From Guillardia theta CCMP2712 (lineage: Eukaryota > Protista > Cryptophyta), in contig NW_005434599.1 in the NCBI RefSeq assembly GCF_000315625.1, positions 184,851 through 248,850 of the forward strand: DNA of 64,000 nucleotides, written 5' to 3'. Position numbers and translations under genes: made by a program. Every line of letters starts with the position of its first letter. The first letter of the stretch is position 1. This document shows, piece by piece, positions 59,301-64,000 of this stretch. A model generated the notes under the pieces. That model worked only from the letters and a program-made list of their open reading frames with translations. It made no database searches and was not told where the DNA came from.

Positions 59301-61625
59301 GGGCTGAAGAAGCTGTTCAGCTCGTTTCTTCCCTCCTTTGCCTTTCCCTGGGGAAAGTTTCACGGTCGCGACGACTGTCTGGCGGGTGAGGAGGATTGAG
59401 AGGTCCCAACCCTCACGCTCAAGTTGCCGCAGCTGAGACATGCATCATGTTCTTCCTCACTGGCACACAACTCGGTTTCCACGGTCCCTCCAACGCCCCC
59501 CCCCCCCCCACCACCACCACCACCAAACACACACACTCATCCTCCTCCTCCTCCTCCTCCTCCTCCTTTCTCATCTTTTTCCTTCAGTTTTGGCCATCGC
59601 CGCCTGTCCACTTGCTCTCAACTGTCGAAAGACTCCTCTTCGCCAAGGACTCACAGCTCTTTCGACACCTCGACAAGGTTCTTCTCGCCTCCTACTCCTC
59701 CTACTACTCCTCCTACTCCTCCTACTCCCTACTCTGCCGCCGCCAACACCTTTCCCTCGTCCTCCTCATCCCCCATCCACCCTCTCTTCCTTCTCTTTCC
59801 TCTCACTTTCCCTCCTTGCAAGCATCTTGCCCTTACTTGATTCACAGATTGGCCTCAAACCTCAGGATTACATGTGGCCGCTCCTACGAAGTGCCTTCTC
59901 GGAGGTTTGAAACCTCAACTCAGTTCTCCTCTTCCTCCTTCCTCTTTCCTCCTTCCTCTTCCTCTACTCACCTGGCCTTCAGGTCCTTGACAGGAATTCT
60001 TGGCTTCACATCATGGATCATATTCTGGTACATCTCCTCCCCTCCTTCTCTCCCTTCTTTCAACCCTCCAGTTCATTTCCTCAAGTTGATTTGCTGCTTG
60101 CTTGTCCCCCCCCCTTCCCGCTCTCCCTTCCTTCCTCTGCCCGGCCCCTCACCCTACAAGCAGGTCAAGCCAACCTCTTTCATCTACTGCGTCCTCGTCG
60201 CCTTCCTCGTCCACTCGCGCGCAGCCATCATGTCATTGAAGAATCAATCGCAGGTAGGGAGAGGGAGAGAGGGATAGCAGGTTGACTGATTATGCAGATG
60301 AATCTGTTCCTCACGCGTGCCAATCCCGTCGATGCGAAAGTGATGGGGAGGAGGGCAGAAGGGGGGGGGGGGGGGGGGGCAAGGGGCGAGGAGGTTGGTG
60401 GATGGAAGGTCGGANNNNNNNNNNNNNNNNNNNNNNNNNNNNNNNNNNNNNNNNNNNNNNNNNNNNNNNNNNNNNNNNNNNNNNNNNNNNNNNNNNNNNN
60501 NNNNNNNNNNNNNNGCTGGTAAGTGCATTCCTGCACACCCTTCCTCCTCCCCCTCGTCTTTTCCTCTGGTTCCTTTGGCGTCCTCCTCCTCCTTCCTCCT
60601 CCCCTCCCCTGTCCCATCCTCTCCTCTCCTCTCCTCTCCTCTCCTCTCATCATCCTCATCCTCCTCCCTCATCCTCCATCCTCCCCTCTCCTCTCCTCTC
60701 CTCTCCTCTACTCTCCTCTCCTCTCCTCTCCTCTCCTCATCTACCCTTGCCCTTGTAATCTCCACCTGCAGGCCAAGAGAGAGCAGATGAATCACATTCA
60801 AGAGCTCAACAGGCATGGGGAAGGAGCAGCCTCACCTCTCAAGTGACGAGGGCGCAGGGAACGACGAGAGCGCATGCGCAAGATGGAGGAAGAAACGAAG
60901 CTGTCGAGACTAGAGAAGGTCAGGGAAGGGCGGGGGGGGGGAGGAGGAGGAGGGAGACTGGAGCTAATGCAGCATGTGGCAGATCAAATGGATGGCGGAG
61001 AAAGTCTGCTCCTCCTCTCTTCCCCTCCCCTCCCTGACATGCTTGGGCAGGACGAGGCTCAACGGCAGCTGATCGTGGAGCGACAGCAGCAGGTGCGAAG
61101 GCAGAGGACAGCTCCCATCCCCTCACTCACGGGCAGATGCTGCGCGAACTGGACGAGCAGGAGGCGGAGAGAGAGGAAGCAGAGAACGAGTGGCTACAGG
61201 TTCCCTGGCAGTCTCCTCTCCTCACCTCCCTCTCTCCTCTCCTCTCTTTCCTTGCCTCTGCTCACGCTCTCCTTTCAGTCTCGCCTCGAGCGCGAGGAGC
61301 TCGAGCAGCTAGAGTTTCAAACCTTTCTTCACTTTCGAGAAGGTTCACAGAAGACCATCCAGAAGAGTCAGGTTCTGTTCTTTCCTCCCCTCCTCCCCTC
61401 CTCCCCTCCTCTCCTCTCCTCTCCTCTCCTCTCCTTCCTCTCTCCCTCGATGTGACTGGAGGGCAGGAACTGGGGCAGCAAGCGGAGCTCGAGGCTCGCC
61501 GACGGATGCAGCAGCTCCAAGTGAAGGCGGCGGAGGAGAGGTAGAGGAGAGCGTGCGATGCCTGCCGTTGGTGACGGGGAACAGATGGGAAGCAGAAGAT
61601 GAGCAGATGGCAGCAGCAAGACGGT

Positions 61626-61657
<32 letters not shown>

Positions 61658-64000
61658 GGAGGGAGGAGGAGGAGGAGCAGCAGCAGCAGCAGATCTGAAG
61701 GAATGGCAGGCTGATGATGGAGGAGACGAATCAGCATCTGGCTCTCCATGCTCAGGTGAGCTGCTGCTACAAGGAAGAACGAGTGACGGGGACACAGACG
61801 GAGACGAAGATGACGGCAGAGTGCCAGATGAAGGTGAGGGAGGAGGAGGGGAAAGAGGCGAGGAGAGGAGAGGAGAGGGGAGGGGAGGGGAGGGTAAGAG
61901 GAAGGGAGAGGGAGAGAGGGGGAGGAAGTACTGAGTTTGATCCAGCTGGAGGATGAGCGACTCAAGAGCATGTTGCACAGCATCGACCTGAAGCGACGAG
62001 CGAGACTCTTGACAGAAGAGCAGAGCTCGCAAGCTCAGCGACGAGAGGTGACGGGGGGACAGGACGAGGACGAGGAGACTGACTGATGGTCGTGCAGGAC
62101 GAGGAGGCTAGGCTGGAGAGGACAATGGTTGCGCAGGTGAAGGAGGGGGAGAAGAGGAAGGGGGGGGGAGGCTGTGCGGTTGCTCAGAAGGGCATCAGGA
62201 AATGCGACAGCTGGAGCAGGTCGTCAAGTACAAAGATCTCGAGATGCAGAAGATGATGGTAAAACCTCCTCCCTCCTCCCTCCTCCCTCCTCCCTCCTCC
62301 CTCCTCCCTCCTCCCTCTTTCTCTTGCTGTTCTCTCCGATCGCCTTCGCTTCACTGTTCCTCCCTTCCCTTCCTCTCCCCTTGACTCTGCTCCCTCACTT
62401 CGATCGCTTGCAACAGACTGAAAAAGCTGAGATGATACGCGCGGAGAGAAAAAGAATCGAGCAGAAGAAGGTTGTTCCTCTCCTTGCCCACTCCTATTTC
62501 TTCTTCTTCTTCTTCTTCTTCTTCTTCTTCTTCTTCTTCTTCTTCTNNNNNNNNNNNNNNNNNNNNNNNNNNNNNNNNNNNNNNNNNNNNNNNNNNNNNN
62601 NNNNNNNNNNNNNNNNNNNNNNNNNNNNNNNNNNNNNNNNNNNNNNTCTTCTTCTTCTTCTTCTTCTTCTTCTTCTTCTTTCTCTTCTTCTTCTTCTTCT
62701 TCTTCGTCATCCTCTTCTTCGTCATCCTCTTCTTCTTCTTCTTCTTCGTCATCCTCTTCTTCGTCATCCTCTTCTTCATCATCCTCTTTCTCTCTCCCCC
62801 TCTCTGTCCCCTCTCTACTCTGCGAAACCTCATCATTTTATCCCTCTCCTCCTCCTCCTATTTTATCCCTCTCCTCCTCCTCCTCCTCCTCCTCCTCCTC
62901 CTCTTCTGCCTTCTAGATTCGATTGTTGACGATTGTCTCGTCAGATGGAACGTTATCGACATCTCCGCCTGCTAGAAGTAATGCAATGCTCCTCTCGTCT
63001 GTCTGCACTCTCAACCCTCCCTCCCTCCCTCCCTCCCTCCCTCCCTCCTCCTCTTCTCTCCTCCTCTCATGATCGAGGTTTTGCCAGGCAAGGAATCGCA
63101 TCCGCGACTTCGAGTCTCAGCTGAGCAGAGAAGGAGCAGCTTGGAAGGTTCTGTCTTCCCTCCCTCCCTCCTCTTGTTCTTCTTCCTTCCTCCTCCCATG
63201 CTTCGTCTTCTCCCTCCATCCTCTCGTCTCCTCCCCTCTTCTCTCCTCTAACTTATTCTCCTCAGCTTGCGGCCTCGCACTACGAGCAGGAGGTGGAGGA
63301 CAACCTGCTGTCCCTGCAAGCAGAAAGGAAGCAGCTGGTACCTTCCCCCTCACCTCCTCCTCCCTTTCAACTCTTCCTCCCCGTCACCTCCTTGTCCAAC
63401 AGGAGATGCTCGACGCCGAGATCGCTGCGCGGGAGCGGGAGCTTAGGATGAAGGAGGAGGTGAGGAGGAGGAGGAGGAGGAGGAGGCTGAAGGATGAGGA
63501 AGGACCTGGAGCTGCGCGACTTCGAGCACGAGGGGATGCGACGGTCCGTGCAGGAGGCCCAGCGGGGCCAGCAGGAGGAAAGAAGCGCGAGAGAGTCGCA
63601 GGAGAGGACAGCTGGAGATGATATCGAGGACTCCTCGGGAAACTCGAGCGAATGGCTCGTTGGCATGGCCAAGGCAGCAAGGGAGGAAGAGAGAAGCGGC
63701 AGGGAGAAGGAGCTGATGGGAAGAGAGAGGAGAGAGGAGGAGGAAGAGGAAAGGAGAAGGAAAAGGCCTGGAGAGCGAGGATACTGGCAGATGCGAGCTC
63801 AGCTTGCTGGAGTTGAGCTCGGGAGGAAGGAAGAGGGGTTCAAGAACAGGCAGGAGACAGGGGTAGGTAACATGCTTCCTGAATGTGTGCGTTGACTGCA
63901 AGGCAGGTGGCAATTGAGGTGCCAGGAGGAAGCGAAGTGAAAGTGAAGCTGTCGGGGCAGGTGACTCGGAGGAGGAGGAGGAGGAGGGGAGGGGAGGGGA
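56363..64000 (+). CDS. TBC1D31: TBC1 domain family member 31 (WDR67)-like: WD40 + Rab-GAP TBC + long coiled coil; intron-rich, 3' end beyond window
   Basis: GDIFVFHLRGNRFSLVGR, HKHAISCLELHPRG, RLLAFLDIHDNFPERFREQVYRQLLRLPRN, WPSPPVHLLSTVERLL..DSQLFRHL and YMWPLLRSAFSE resemble TBC1D31 segments; E/R/Q-rich 3' exons follow. Confidence 0.85.
60415..60514. other. Assembly gap (100 N)
   Basis: Run of n. Confidence 1.
62498..62785. repeat. (TTC)n microsatellite with an internal 100-N gap (62547-62646), intronic
   Basis: Directly visible. Confidence 0.95.

Noticed and set aside
15304-64000. Ciliary gene cluster (DYNC2H1, centrin-like protein, TBC1D31)
   Set aside because: Genes are far apart and interspersed with unrelated housekeeping genes; expected by chance in a flagellate.
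1-64000. tRNA, rRNA, transposase or reverse transcriptase genes
   Set aside because: None recognised by eye. tRNAscan-SE, Infernal and RepeatModeler would be needed to exclude them.

Overview
Gene-dense eukaryotic nuclear DNA with short (mostly 40-60 nt) spliceosomal introns, GC3-rich exons, purine/pyrimidine microsatellite-filled introns and four 100-N gaps. The style suggests a cryptophyte alga of the Guillardia/Hanusia type (inference, not verified). About 15 protein-coding genes can be modelled by eye, in order: hypothetical (-), PEX12 (+), Nup98-like FG nucleoporin (-), secreted Pro/Ala/Tyr-rich protein (+), kelch-repeat protein (-), dynein-2 heavy chain DYNC2H1/DHC1b (-), COQ2 (+), a ~3000-aa multidomain STAND protein (-), myosin (+), a 91-aa orphan (-), single-pass membrane protein (+), tandem-PDZ protein (-), SEN54-like (+), EF-hand protein (-), and TBC1D31 (+, runs off the window). 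The best candidate for an undescribed system is the giant STAND protein. It appears to fuse WD40, jacalin-like lectin, fascin-like beta-trefoil, DUF4062-like, about four RRM-like, NACHT-like (Walker A Lys to Arg), vWA-like and ILEI-like domains. Second is a genome-architecture pattern: 13 of 14 gene junctions alternate strand, and 5' flanks carry clusters of a degenerate GGGGTA/TACCCC motif, twice next to very GC-rich CAGT-motif islands, while convergent 3' gaps lack them. All domain calls are from motif recognition only; no searches were run, and exon boundaries are approximate unless stated.
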